Source: an uncultured Actinomycetes bacterium | GTDB lineage: Bacteria; Actinomycetota; Acidimicrobiia; Spongiisociales; DATADW01 | Direction of reading: 5' to 3' | Length of the DNA: 64,000 nucleotides | NCBI GenBank assembly: GCA_963824995.1 | Contig: CAWGRK010000002.1 | Location: forward strand, 124,001 to 188,000 | Shown: piece by piece, positions 1 through 11,224 of the stretch | How the letters are laid out: each line of letters begins with the position of its first letter | Numbering within the stretch: position 1 is the first letter of the stretch | Position numbers and translations under genes: made by a program | The notes under the pieces: model-generated | Databases searched by the model: none | Told to the model about the DNA's origin: nothing | Seen by the model: the letters and a program-made list of their open reading frames with translations, nothing else

Positions 1-333
1 GGCCTCGGTGAGCCTGCTGAAGATGCCGCGCCGCTGGAAGTCGGGGTGGGTGGCGGTGTCCACCGCCCGAACACAGCGGAGCGATCTCCCCTCCCGGCGT
101 GGTCAGCTCCCAGCGCATGAAGGCACGAAGCCCGGCGATGGTTCCCTCCGCCTCGGCAACGAGGATGATGGATCGGCCGAACGGGTTGTCGATGTGCTTC
201 CAGGCAAACAACTCGGGTGTCCGTCTGGAGGAGAGAGGTCTCGCCGAGAGACGAGCGAAGCAGATCCGAGGACCTCGTCGAGATCGTCGTCCTGGAACGG
301 GCGGATGGTGATGGTCTCGTTCACCTCGCTCAC
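1..333 (-). CDS. GNAT family N-acetyltransferase (3' end outside window; one apparent indel)
   Basis: Joined frames read ITIRPFQDDDLDEVL...ELFAWKHIDNPFGRSIILVAEAEGTIAGLRAFMRWEL...DTATHPDFQRRGIFSRL; HPDFQRRG is the acetyl-CoA motif A. Confidence 0.8.
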
Positions 334-1434
334 CACCCGAGTACCCGGCGGTAGACGTCTTCCACTTCGTTGACCATGGTGGCGAGGCCGTGGTTCGCTC
401 GACGAGGGCGCGCCCCGCCTTACCCATGGAAGCGGCCGTCTCGCGGATCATCGAGCAGCTGGCTGACCGCGTCCGCCAGCGCCGCGGGATCGCCGGCGGG
501 CACCAGCAAACCCGGTCTCGCCGGGCCGGACCACGGAGGGAACCCCGCCAACGTATGTGGCAGCCACCGGCCGAGCGAGGGCGAGCGCCTCGAGTAGCTG
601 CGACTGGGAGACCCTCTTGATCCGAGGGGTTGACCACGACGTCTGCGGCCGCGATGAAGGACGAGCGCATCGCCACGACGTCCCAGGAAGCGCACCCGAT
701 CGACAAGGTCCGCACTCGACGGCGGCCGCCTCGAGGGCAGCCAGGTCGCCGGGGTACTTCTCACCGCCGACCGAGACGATCGTGGCGTTCGGGTGGCGGG
801 CGAAGCACCGGCCCCGGCCGCTGCGAGCAGGTTGCGGTGTCCTTTGTGCGGTCTGATGTTCCCGACGTGGACGACCAACGGGTCAGCGCGGCTCAACCCG
901 AGCTCGGAGCGAACCGCATCGGTTTCCGACTCCGACACGGCCACCGACACACCGTTGGGGATGACCTGAACCTCCGTCCCGTATCCGGCCAGGCTCTCGG
1001 CTACGGCATCGGAGACGGCGATCGTCGCCCGATTGCGCCGGTAGGTGAGCCGGTTGAGTGTGCGGGTGGGCTCACGGTAGGAGTGGGCAACGTTGTGCTC
1101 GGTGTACACGACGGGGACCGGAGACACCGCTCGTCGCCATGATCCCCGTGCTGGGAAGGTGGGCATGGACCAGGTCGATCCCACCGTCCCTGATCAGCCG
1201 GCGCAGCCGAGCCGGAGTGGTGGGGGACGTTCCCCGCGACCCACCGATGCAGGTCACGTCGACGTCGTGAGCCCGCAGCGCCGGGACCAACTGGTCCTTC
1301 CACGGGAGCACGTAGGCCACCGAATAGTGAAAGGACCGGCGGTCCCAGAACCCGGCGGACTCGGCGATCAGTCTCTCGGCGCCACCAATCCCCAGGCCCT
1401 TGATGAGAACGAGGACCCGGGCCCGGGCGGTCAT
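330..1434 (-). CDS. Glycosyltransferase family 4 (GT-B), frameshifted in assembly
   Basis: MTARARVLVLIKGLGIGGAERL, VVYTEHN, IPNGV, VGNIRPHKGH, GLLVPAGDPAALADAV; stop overlaps the GNAT start. Confidence 0.88.
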
Positions 1435-1468
1435 CGGGCCCTCCGGCCCGCCCGGGGGGTCGGCATCC

Positions 1469-2341
1469 TCAGCCCTCGTCGATCAGATGGCGCAGGCCCT
1501 CCTCGAACGGCATCTCGGCGCGCCATCCGAGGACGTCGGCGATCCTCTGCGACGAGACCAGGGCGGATGGCACGTCGCCCGGCCGCGGCTCACCAAAGGT
1601 GAGCTCGGTGGGGATGCGCTCCACCACCATCTCTGCAAGCTGCTTGATCGACACCGTCTCGTCGGCGACCGTGTTGAACACTTGGCCGCTCACATCGGAC
1701 CGCGCCGCCGTCTCGAAGGCGCGTGCGATGTCAGAGGAGTGGGTGAATTGGCGACCCTGCGATCCACCACCCTGGATGGTGATGGGCTCACCGCGCCGCG
1801 CCCGGTCGATGAAGATACGGAACACCGAGTTGGGACGCAGCCCAGGCCCGTATGCGGTCCCCAGTCGCAGGGCGACCGTTGACAAACCCCGCAGATGGGC
1901 GGCGGAGATCAGGATCCTCTCCCCGCCCAGCTTGGTGATGCTGTAGGGATGGTCCGGCTCGGTGGGGTGGTTCTCGTCGACCGGCTCGTACTGGGGCTCC
2001 CCGTAGACCTCCCAGGTGGAGGCATAGACAACCCGGGCGCCGGTGGCGACCGCGGCATCGGCGACGAGGGCGGTGCCGGTGACGTTGACGGATGACGCCA
2101 GCGCCGGCTGCTCGCCGGCCAGGTAGACGTCACCGATGGCGCCGATGTGACAGACGATGTCGTTTCCGTCGACGGCGGAACGCACCGCCTCGGGATCGAC
2201 CAGGTCACCGACGATGGTCGGGATGTCGGGATCGGCTGCATCCATCCGGTCGAAGATCGAAACTTCGAACCCATTGGTGGTGAGGTGGCGGGCGACCTGG
2301 CGACCGAGGAACCCGGCGCCGCCTGTTACTAGAGCTTTCAT
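1469..2341 (-). CDS. NAD-dependent epimerase/dehydratase (extended SDR)
   Basis: MKALVTGGAGFLG Rossmann motif, STWEVYG, YSITK (YxxxK); AAGGGGAG RBS upstream; intact ORF. Confidence 0.92.
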   Translation of the reverse strand: MKALVTGGAGFLGRQVARHLTTNGFEVSIFDRMDAADPDIPTIVGDLVDPEAVRSAVDGNDIVCHIGAIGDVYLAGEQPALASSVNVTGTALVADAAVATGARVVYASTWEVYGEPQYEPVDENHPTEPDHPYSITKLGGERILISAAHLRGLSTVALRLGTAYGPGLRPNSVFRIFIDRARRGEPITIQGGGSQGRQFTHSSDIARAFETAARSDVSGQVFNTVADETVSIKQLAEMVVERIPTELTFGEPRPGDVPSALVSSQRIADVLGWRAEMPFEEGLRHLIDEG

Positions 2342-2632
2342 GGAAGGAATACTCCCCTTGAACTCAGGTGGACGAGCATAGATCGGCATCCCGTGGCGCC
2401 TTCTGAAGCCTGCCAGCAAGGTGGTCATGCCCGCCTCGCAGGGCGCGTTGTGCCTACTCAAGAAGTCGAGCCGCGGGGCCGATCTGTGTCTGGTTGAACA
2501 CGCAGCGTGATTAGGGTTTCCAGGCTGCGGGGGGTTTCGGAAAAGCCGCTCGGCCCACGCGTCCTCGAGGCTTTGGAACCGCCCACTCTGGTGGGAGCCA
2601 GCGTTGGTTTACGATGTCGACAGGGAGAGCTG

Positions 2633-4615
2633 GTGAGCTCTGACTGGCGGGTGAAAGTATCGAAAACGGCCGCACACGTGCGCGCCGATATTTCGTTCGC
2701 CGTCATCGACGCCATCCTCGTGGTACTGGCCTACTCCTCGGCCCTCGGGCTTCGGCTGCTCGACCCCGAAACCGCAAGGTTGCGGGGTGAGTTCACCGAG
2801 AGCCTCTTCGTTCCTGCTGCCGGTCATCATTCTCGTGCACCTCTCCACCAACGTCGTCTTCGGGGCATACGGGCACGTGTGGGAGTACGCCAGCGTCGCC
2901 GAGGCCAAGCGGGTGGTGCTCGCTGCCGCCACCGCCATCGGCATCCTCCTCGTCGGGCTCGCCGTCTACACGCTCATCGACCCCGCGGTATCGCCCCCGC
3001 CCCGGCAGGGACCCCCGGTCGCCCGGCGGAGGCCGTGGCGGAGCCGTGGCTGCGTCCGATCCCAGTGGCGGTGGTGGTCACCGGTGGTCTCATGACTCTG
3101 TTCGCCATGGGCCTGGTGCGATTCCGGTCACGTCTCTTCAGCTTCAAGCGCAACCCCGACGGGTCGCGGGTCGAAAGGACGATCATCGTCGGCACCGGAC
3201 GCGCCGCCGCCGAGGTGGCGCGCAGCCTCACGTCGACACACGGTGGCGATGTAGCGGGCTTTCGTCACCGACAGCGCCTACGAGGCGTCACGCCGGCTGG
3301 TCGGTCTCACCGGTGCTGGGCTCGGTCGACGATCTCGCCGAGTTGGTCGACGAGCACGAGGTCGACCAGGTGATCGTCGCCGAAGGCGGCGAGCGCATGG
3401 CACGCAAGGTGCTCGACGCCTGCCTCTACAACAATGCCCGCCTCCGGATCGTCCCCGAGCTCGGAGCCGTGCTCGCAGGTGGGCAGCCGACAGGCGACAT
3501 TCGCGACCTGGAGATCACCGACCTCCTGCCCACGCCCGGCGGTGTCCACCGAGTTGGACGCCGTAGCCAGCTCTGGTCCGGGGGACCCGGGTCCTCGTCA
3601 CCGGTGCCGGCGGGTCGATCGGATCGGAGATCGTCCGCCAGGTGCTCGAGTTCGAGCCCGCCGAGATCGTGGTGGTCGACCACGACGAGACCCATCTCTT
3701 CGAGGCGAACCTGGATTGGAAGAGGAAGACGGGACGGGAACCGGTCCAGGTCCTGTGCGACATCCGCGACCGGGAACGTGTGCGATCGTGTCTTTCTCGA
3801 GACCGAAGCCCGAGGTCGTCTTCCACGCCGCCGCGCTGAAGCACGTCCCCATCCTGGAGTTCTGCCCCGAGGAGGCGGTAGCGACAAACGTCGTCGGGAC
3901 CACGGCACGTGCTCGATGCGGCCCGCGCCGCGGGCGTGCGCCGGTTCGTACTCATCTCCACCGACAAGGCAGTGGCGCCGACCAGCGTCATGGGCAGCAC
4001 CAAGCGGGTGGCGGAGTTGATGGTCCAGGAAGCGGCCTGCGAGGACGACGGCTGCACCTATACCTCGGTCCGGTTCGGCAACGTCCTGGGCAGCCGGGGG
4101 AGTGTGGTCCCCACGTTCATCCGCCAGATCAAGTCGGGCGGACCGGTGACTCTCACCGACCCGGACATGAGGCGATACTTCATGACGGTCGACGAGGCGG
4201 TGCAGTTGGTACTGCAGGCCGCGCCCTCGCCCAGGGCGGTGAGATCTTCGTGCTCGACATGGCCGACCCGGTCCGGATCGGCGATCTGGCGCACCGCCTT
4301 ATCCGACTGGCCGGGATGGTCCCGGGCCGCGACATCAAGGTCGAGGTCACCGGGAGACGCGAGGGTGAGAAGATGACCGAGCAATTGTCGCTCGAGCCGC
4401 TGCTCCCAACGTCGAACCCGAAGATCAACGTGGCTCGCACCGGCGCCTCCCTGGGTGGCGCCATCGGCGACGCCGTCCCCCAACTGGCCAAGCTGGCCGG
4501 AGACGGGGACATGGCCGGGATCCGCGCCCTGCTCGGTGAGGTAGTGGGTGCTTCCTGGTCGCAAGATGTAATACAAGGGGGCGTTCCGGAGGAAGGTGAA
4601 GAAGAGTGGACCTGA
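2633..4615 (+). CDS. Membrane-anchored nucleoside-diphosphate sugar 4,6-dehydratase (CapD/PglF/WbpM family), several indels
   Basis: N-terminal TM helices; [77 protein letters not shown]. Confidence 0.92.
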
Positions 4616-7320
4616 CACGTATCGGACGACTGATCAAGGCCCGGTGGTGGGTCCTTGTGCTGGTGGCGGCGCTCGGCGCCATCCCGGCGGTGGTCATCAC
4701 GTCCCGGCGCAACGACGCCATCCAACCGGTGTTCCAAGCGACACGGACCGTCACCTTCACCCAGGGCGAGGCGGACCGCACGGGCGACGGACTCAGCTCG
4801 GCGGTCGAGGCCGCCCAGATCGACTCGGAAGATGCCAACGAGGAGGCGCTGGCCCGGCTCGGTGGGGCGGCCAGCATCACCGGTGACACCCAGGAGGGCA
4901 CGCTCACCTTCCAGGTGTTCGCCCGCGACCAGGAGACAGCGAGGCAGGAACTGAACGGGATCGTCCGGGCCTACCGCCAGGCGGGTCGGGACGAAGAGAC
5001 TCAAGCGGCACAGGAGAAGCAGGAAGAACTGGACGCGCTGCAGGAACGCCTCGAGGAGATCAGGTCCGAGATACAGGGGATCGATGCCCAGTTGGCCGAG
5101 GACCCCGAGGTCGTGGACGACCGGGAGCTTCTCCAGGAGCAGATCGCCGCACTGGAGGACCGGCTGGCGGATCTCAGGGTGGAGGAAATTCTCGGCCCGA
5201 CACAGAACCCGCAAGCGGAGGAGGAGAGGACCGAACAGGATGTCGCTCGACGATATCGACGAGGTCGAGGCCGGGCTGGAGGAGCTCAATGCCCAGCTCG
5301 AGGCCCTGCCCGCCGAGGGCGAGGCGCCCGAGTCCGCCGAGCAGGTGCAGAAGCAACTGCTCGAGGAGGAGTTCCAGGCCGTCCTCGATCAGCACACCGC
5401 TCTGGCCACCGCCGGTCCCGAGGGCGAGCAGTCGTTCGGGACCGCGGTGACCGAGGACGTCACGCCGCAAGCGGCAAACCTGCTGATCAACGGGTTGCTC
5501 GGTGCGGTTGCCGGGCTGCTGCTGGGGTTGGCGGTACTCATCGTCGCCGACCGGATCAGGCGGCCGGTGTGGACCACCGGGGACCTCGACGCCGTGCCCG
5601 CCTTGGGAGAGGTGCCTGCGAGGACGCCAGTCTCCAGCGGGCCCCGTCCCTGGTACCAGACGGTGCGGCGCTCGCCACGCAAGCAGGCGGTCCAGGCGTT
5701 GCGCGCCGCCATCGACGGCCGCGCCCGCCAGCGTCACCTGGCAGCTCGGGTTCGCCGGCATGGACGTCAGCTCGCGTGACGCCCACGCCCTGGCGGCCGA
5801 CTATGCGATGAGCCTGGCCACCGCTGGGCAACGAGTCCTGCTTGATCGACGGCGACTTCGCCCAGCCCTCCGATCTACCAGAGTACGCGGGTCAGGGGCC
5901 CAGCCTGTCCGATGTGATCGACCCGATGGCGCGCGACAACACCGCAGTCGCCGGGTTCGTCGAGTGGGCGCATCGCCGAGTCGACCGAGACCGGGTCCGG
6001 GCCTGCGCGCCATAAGCGTCGGGGTCGGTCTCGATGATCCGGCCGATGCCGTCGCCGCTCGGCGGGCGGTGCAGTTGATCGATGCCGGCCAGGAGCGCTT
6101 CGACGCTGTCGTGGTCGCTGCCGGTGCCGTGTCCGACGCGACGACCCAAACCCTGCTCTACGACGTGGACCAGACCGTCATGTGCATCCGACCCGGGACC
6201 AGCACCGAGTCGGCGGTCGAAGAGATGTACCGCGACCTCTCGTCGCGTGGGGTGAGCGTGCTCGGGGCAACCCTGATCAACCCCGAGCATCGCGGGCTGC
6301 GCGGCATGTTCAGTCGCAAGGGCCGCGAACGTTCCAGAGTCTCGGAAATCATCATCGAACCGTCGCCGGAACCCCTTCCCAGGCCCGCACCGACGGCTCC
6401 TGTGGTGGCCCCGCCGGTTGCGATGCCCGAACCTGCACCGGAGCCCGTCGGGGCGCTGGCTACTTCGGCGCCAAGCCGACCGTCGGCCAAGGCACTGCTC
6501 GAAGCTCCCGTCTCGCCGCCAGAGCGGGGCCCGGTCGATGGCGAGGTCTCCCCGATGCTCGCCGAGGTGCTCGATGGGGTCGACGTCGGTCGGGGCAAGC
6601 TGGAGGACGAGCTCTACGCACAGGTCCTGGCTCTGCTCACCGGCGCCGGCACCGAGACGGGGGAGCCGGCCGCACAGGTGAACCGCGAGGGGTTCATCCC
6701 CATGGTCGAGATCAAGGACCACTCCACGGTTGGCGAACTGGTGCTTCAGCGGCTCGGAGCAGACCTCGACCCGGCGAGCAAGCGTGCCCTCGACCGCGAG
6801 GTCGCCGCCGTGTTCGGCGCCCAGGATGGCGCCGAGGGTGTAGACGAATGGGTGAGGCGGAAGCTTCTTCGCCCGCCATGTCGCCGAGACCGATCAGCAC
6901 CCCGATGTCTGGCAGATCCGCAGCCGTGAGGGCACTTTCGAGGCATTGGTCCCGGCCGTTCAATGCACCCGTGACCATCTCGACGACCTCCGCACCGGGA
7001 TGCTCCACACCCAGATAGACGGGCTCAACCGCCAGCTGCGAGGCGCCGTCCAGACTGGCCGCAACGACGATGTGGACGAACTCGACGCCCAGGTCAAGGA
7101 GCTGCGCACCTTCGATATCACCCTCGGGTGGCTCTACGAGGGGACGACGCCCGAGGCTCGGATCCGCTATCCGTGGCGGGGAGATCGAAATCAGCCCCAG
7201 GGCTGGGCACCAGAGTTGAGCGAGGGGATCAGGCCCAATTTGGCTCCGCTGCAGCGACTGGGTCTGCTCGCCGCCCCCGTCCTGTCCTGGGACGAGCTCT
7301 CCGCGCTCGCCGGCGAATGA
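4606..7320 (+). CDS. Polysaccharide copolymerase (Wzz/CpsC-CpsD-like) with degenerate kinase domain, Pro-rich linker and C-terminal PglX-like domain; about 4 indels
   Basis: [26 protein letters not shown], coiled coil, second TM LLINGLLGAVAGLLLGLAVLIVADRIR, VPALGEVP, LATAGQRVLLIDGDF; tail QPQGWAPELSEGIRPNLAPLQRLGLL. Confidence 0.75.
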
Positions 7321-8120
7321 GCTCGGCGGCGCGAGCCGCCAAGCAGGCGGTCAAGCTGGCGGCGGCCGCGGGCGACAAGGTCGCCGGTCCACTGCCTGGC
7401 CCCCGGATCCTCATCTATCACCAGGTGGGAGCGGGGACCGGGCTGGAGATGGAGGTCACGGCGGAGCACTTCCGCAACCAAATCGACTGGCTCGGCGAGA
7501 ACGGTGATGTCGTCGATCTCGTCACCGCCGTCGCCTCGCGAGGGCTTCCAGAGTCATCGCGGATGTTCGTCCTGACCTTCGACGACGGCTATGCCGACGT
7601 GTACCGCAACGCCTTCCCGCTGCTGCGTGAAAGGGGGCTCGCCTTCACCCTCTATCTGACGACAGCGCCCATCGAGACGGGGGAGCCTTTGCGCAACGAC
7701 GGGCGCGCCGAGCCGCTCACCTGGGACCAGGTTGCCGATATGGCCGAGCACGGCAGGGTGACCATCGGTGCCCATACCCACACCCATCCCGACCTGCGTT
7801 CGATCGACGAGGCCGAAGTGGCCGAGGAGGTCACCGTCTCCAACCGGTTGATCGAGGAGAGACTCGGGGTGGAGCCGCGGCACTTCACCTACCCCTGGGG
7901 CTATTGGTCGCCTCAGGCGGATCGGGTGGTCAGATCGGCGTACGAGACGGCCACATTGGGGAGCGGAAAGCCGGTGACGGGGGCCACCGACCCGCTGCTG
8001 CTCAACCGGGTGCCGGTGCAACTCAGCGATGGAACCGCCTTCTTCAGGCACCGGATGGTCGGGGGCCTGCGGCTGGAGGACCGGGTCAGGCGGCTGGTGC
8101 GCGGCTACCGCGGCCCATGA
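7317..8120 (+). CDS. Polysaccharide deacetylase (NodB/CE4)
   Basis: ILIYHQV, LTFDDGY, GAHTHTHPDL, FTYPWG; ATGA overlap with upstream stop. Confidence 0.92.
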   Translation: MSSAARAAKQAVKLAAAAGDKVAGPLPGPRILIYHQVGAGTGLEMEVTAEHFRNQIDWLGENGDVVDLVTAVASRGLPESSRMFVLTFDDGYADVYRNAFPLLRERGLAFTLYLTTAPIETGEPLRNDGRAEPLTWDQVADMAEHGRVTIGAHTHTHPDLRSIDEAEVAEEVTVSNRLIEERLGVEPRHFTYPWGYWSPQADRVVRSAYETATLGSGKPVTGATDPLLLNRVPVQLSDGTAFFRHRMVGGLRLEDRVRRLVRGYRGP

Positions 8121-9006
8121 GTGCTGGCTTCCTCCGGCTTGGGACGGCGCAACCCGATCGCGGTCAGGAGGGCCACCGCTCCCGCCAGCACGAGCCCGGC
8201 GACGAGAACGGCGTCATCGACCGAGTCGAGGGTCCCGGCGAGTCTCCCGGCGAGAAGAACCACCCCGGCGTGAGTGGCCACGAGGAGCCACTCCGAGGGT
8301 GGTGGGGACCAAGCATCCGGAGAACAGGCGGCCGAGCAGAACGGCGATCGGTTCGACCACAAACACGCCGAGCGCAGCCAGCCCGCCCACGATCGCCGAG
8401 CCTCTGGTGGCGCCGTCGCGGAATACGACCCACGCCAGAACGCCGAAAAAGGCGAAGATGCCGCCCGAGCCCAGCCTGGCCAGCCGCAGCGGCCAGCCGA
8501 GGAGGGCCACCGGCAGGGCCGCACCGAGGAGGACAAGGGCGCGCTCGGTGTCTGGGACCACGACGAACACCCCCAGAGCACTTCCGGCGGCGAGCACCGG
8601 TCCGGCCCAACCCGCCGGGCGCCGCTGCTCGGACCAGGCGGCGAGCGCTCCGCCCAGCGAGATAGCCGCCACCGCGGCGATCCGACCCCACAACGGCTCG
8701 AAGAGATCTCCGGCGAAGTACCAACAGCGTTGCCGGTCCAATCGACAAAACCCCGACCAATGGGATGAGAGAGGGCCGGAGGTCGCCGACAACCCCTATC
8801 AGCGCCAGGAGGCCGACGGCGATCATCACCGGGTTTGGTGGCCTCAGTACGGCGAGAAAGGCAGTGGCGATCGCCAGGCCGGCCACAGGGAGCAGGCGTC
8901 GGCGCAGCAGAAGCGCAGCCACGGCGCAGGCGACGGCGGCAGCGCCGCCGTAGGCCAACCCGGCGTAGAGCTCGGGACGAAGGACAGCTTCGATGAACTC
9001 ACCCAC
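8105..9006 (-). CDS. Hypothetical multi-pass membrane protein
   Basis: Three overlapping minus-strand frames join into a highly hydrophobic protein (GLAYGGAAAVACAVAALLL...GVFVVVPDTERALVLLGAAL...LLVATHAGVVLLAGRLAG); TACCCT 8 nt upstream of GTG. Confidence 0.6.
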
Positions 9007-9042
9007 GGCGGGGGAGGGTACCGGGGCGGTCCTGGCAGGCCG

Positions 9043-10296
9043 TTGAGGATCGCCATGGTCAATCAGCCTGGCGCCGGGTCACGCCCGCCGAACCCGACCG
9101 TCTCGATCGGGATCTGGAGTTCCGAAGTGGCCGGCCGCATGGTCAGGGCCGGCCACAAGGTCACCGTCTACGCCAGCGGGGACCGAACCGGGACCACCCG
9201 CCAGAGCCATGACGGAGTCGACTATCGCTTGCTGGCGACCCTCCCCGACACGGTCATGTCCCGGATGCTCCGGTACCTGCCGTCGAGAAGGAACCCGCGG
9301 CGGCCACGGCTCACCTCGGTTCTCACCCATCTCGGGTTCGCCGTCCAGGCGGCGATCGATATCCGCCGACGCCGACCCGACGTGGTCCACATACAGAGCC
9401 AGTTCGCCTTCGCCCGAGTGGTCAGGGTGCTCAATCCTCGGGTGCCGATCGTGCTCCACCTCCACAACGAGTGGCTCTCCGACCTGCACCCTGCACAGAC
9501 CGCCCCTGCTGTGCGGGCGGCCGATGCTGTCATGACCTGTAGTGACCATGTCACCGCGAGGGCGCGACTCGCCCATCCGGCTCATGCGGCGCGAATACGC
9601 ACCATCCCCAACGGGGTCGACACCGCCGCTTTCGGCAGTGGCGGGGGGCACGTCGGCGAGGGTTTCAACGTGCTGTTCGTGGGGAGGATCTCCCCCGAAA
9701 AGGGTGTGCACACGTTGATCGATGCGGTGGTGGAAGTTGCATCCGACGATGACGGGGTGAGGCTGACGTTGGTCGGCCCGCACAGCGTTCTGCCTGCCGA
9801 GGCGGTAGTTCGCGGATCGACCGACCCCCGGGTCCGAGACCTTGCCAGGTGGTACGGAGGGTCCCCCTACCGCTCTCAACTCGAGCAGAGGATTCCCGAT
9901 GGCGCTGGAGTCCCGGGTCGAATGGGCCGGTGCCGTGCCCTACCGGGACCTACCCGGCAAGTACGCCGAAGCGTCTGTACTGGTCAATCCCTCTCTGAGC
10001 GAGTCATTCGGGATGACCGTGGTCGAGGGTATGGCGTCTGGGCTGCCGGTGATCGCCACCAGAGTCGGTGGTCAAGAGGAGTTGGTGGACGACGGGATCA
10101 CCGGTCTGCTCATCGAGTCGGAGGATCCGGCTCAACTCGCCGATGCCATCCGCCAGGTCCGCAGAGACCCCGAACGCGCCCGGCTGATGGGCGAGGCAGG
10201 CAAGGAAGCAGGCCAAGATCTTCGATTGGGACAGGGTCACAGGTGAAGCCCTCGACCTCTACTCGAAACTGGTGCAAGAGCGAGGATCCGAAATGA
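9043..10296 (+). CDS. Glycosyltransferase family 4
   Basis: LRIAMVNQ, IPNGVD, LFVGRISPEKGVHTL, PSLSESFGMTVVEGMASGLPVIATRVGG (EX7E). Confidence 0.9.
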   Translation: MRIAMVNQPGAGSRPPNPTVSIGIWSSEVAGRMVRAGHKVTVYASGDRTGTTRQSHDGVDYRLLATLPDTVMSRMLRYLPSRRNPRRPRLTSVLTHLGFAVQAAIDIRRRRPDVVHIQSQFAFARVVRVLNPRVPIVLHLHNEWLSDLHPAQTAPAVRAADAVMTCSDHVTARARLAHPAHAARIRTIPNGVDTAAFGSGGGHVGEGFNVLFVGRISPEKGVHTLIDAVVEVASDDDGVRLTLVGPHSVLPAEAVVRGSTDPRVRDLARWYGGSPYRSQLEQRIPDGAGVPGRMGRCRALPGPTRQVRRSVCTGQSLSERVIRDDRGRGYGVWAAGDRHQSRWSRGVGGRRDHRSAHRVGGSGSTRRCHPPGPQRPRTRPADGRGRQGSRPRSSIGTGSQVKPSTSTRNWCKSEDPK

Positions 10297-11218
10297 CCGT
10301 CACGTTGATCGCGGCTGGCGCGCTCGAGTTCGGGACCGCCGCTGGCGCCGTGCCGCCCGCCACTGGGTCGTCGCCGACGATGCCCAACTCCGCCGCCCGA
10401 CATTGGTGGTAGCGCCCCACCCGGATGACGACGTGCTGGGGTGCGGCGGCACCATCGCCCGGAAGCGGAGGCTTGGATGTGGATGTCGCCGTGGCGGTGC
10501 TCACCGACGGGGCATTCGCCAATCGGTCACTGATCGACCGCGCCGAGTTGACCGCCATCCGGGGACGGGAGGAGATCGCCTCGCTCGACGAGCTTGGGGG
10601 TCGGTCCCCACCGCGTTTGGTTTCTCGGGTTCCGCGATGGCGCCCTGCGACACGAGGAAGAGGCGGCCGCCGGCCAACTGGTGCCCGATCCTCGAGGAGG
10701 TCCGCCCCGCCGAGGTGTTCGTCACCGCCGCCGACGACGGTCATCCCGACCACGAGGCGGCCTATCGGATCGTGAGGCAAGCACTCGCCTCGACCGGATC
10801 CGAAGCCGTGGTCGTCGAGTACCCGGTGTGGTGGTGGCAGCACTGGCCCTGGGGCCCGCTCCCCGTCAGGGGCAGGGGTGGGGTACGAAAGCTCGCTCGA
10901 CGGATGAAGATCGCCCTCACCGCCGCCTCCACTGGCGAGTCCCACCTCGGGCTTCACCTGGGCGGTCCCGGTGGCCGAGGTACTCGAGCAGAAGCAAGCG
11001 GCGATCGCCGCCCACGTCTCGCAGGTGACCCGCTATCTCGACGACCCCCGCTGGGAGAGCCTGCTCGACGAGGGCGGCGGCGAGTTCCTCGAGCGGTTCG
11101 TCTCGTCGTACGAGTTGTTCCGGAGGGAAGACGGAAGACGGAAGACGGAAGACGGCAGACGGCAGACGGCGGACGGCGGACGGCAGCCAGATTCCCTACG
11201 TCGCCGGGAAATGGGTAA
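10293..11218 (+). CDS. PIG-L/LmbE family deacetylase (3' end uncertain; runs into a heptamer array)
   Basis: VVAPHPDDDVLGCGGTIA, LTDG, RGREEIASL, DGHPDH, VEYPVW, KQAAIAAHVSQ. Confidence 0.85.
11126..11188 (+). repeat. 7-bp tandem array, 9 units: (GGAAGAC)4(GGCAGAC)2(GGCGGAC)2GGCAGCC
   Basis: Read directly from sequence. Confidence 0.95.
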
Positions 11219-11224
11219 GTCCCG

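Noticed and set aside
4606..7320. A functional BREX system
   Set aside because: Only a PglX C-terminal-like segment is present; there are no methyltransferase motifs and no brxC, pglZ or brxL in the window.
8029..10296. 755-aa ORF
   Set aside because: The first ~340 aa are the antisense of the membrane-protein gene; only the part from 9043 is GT4.
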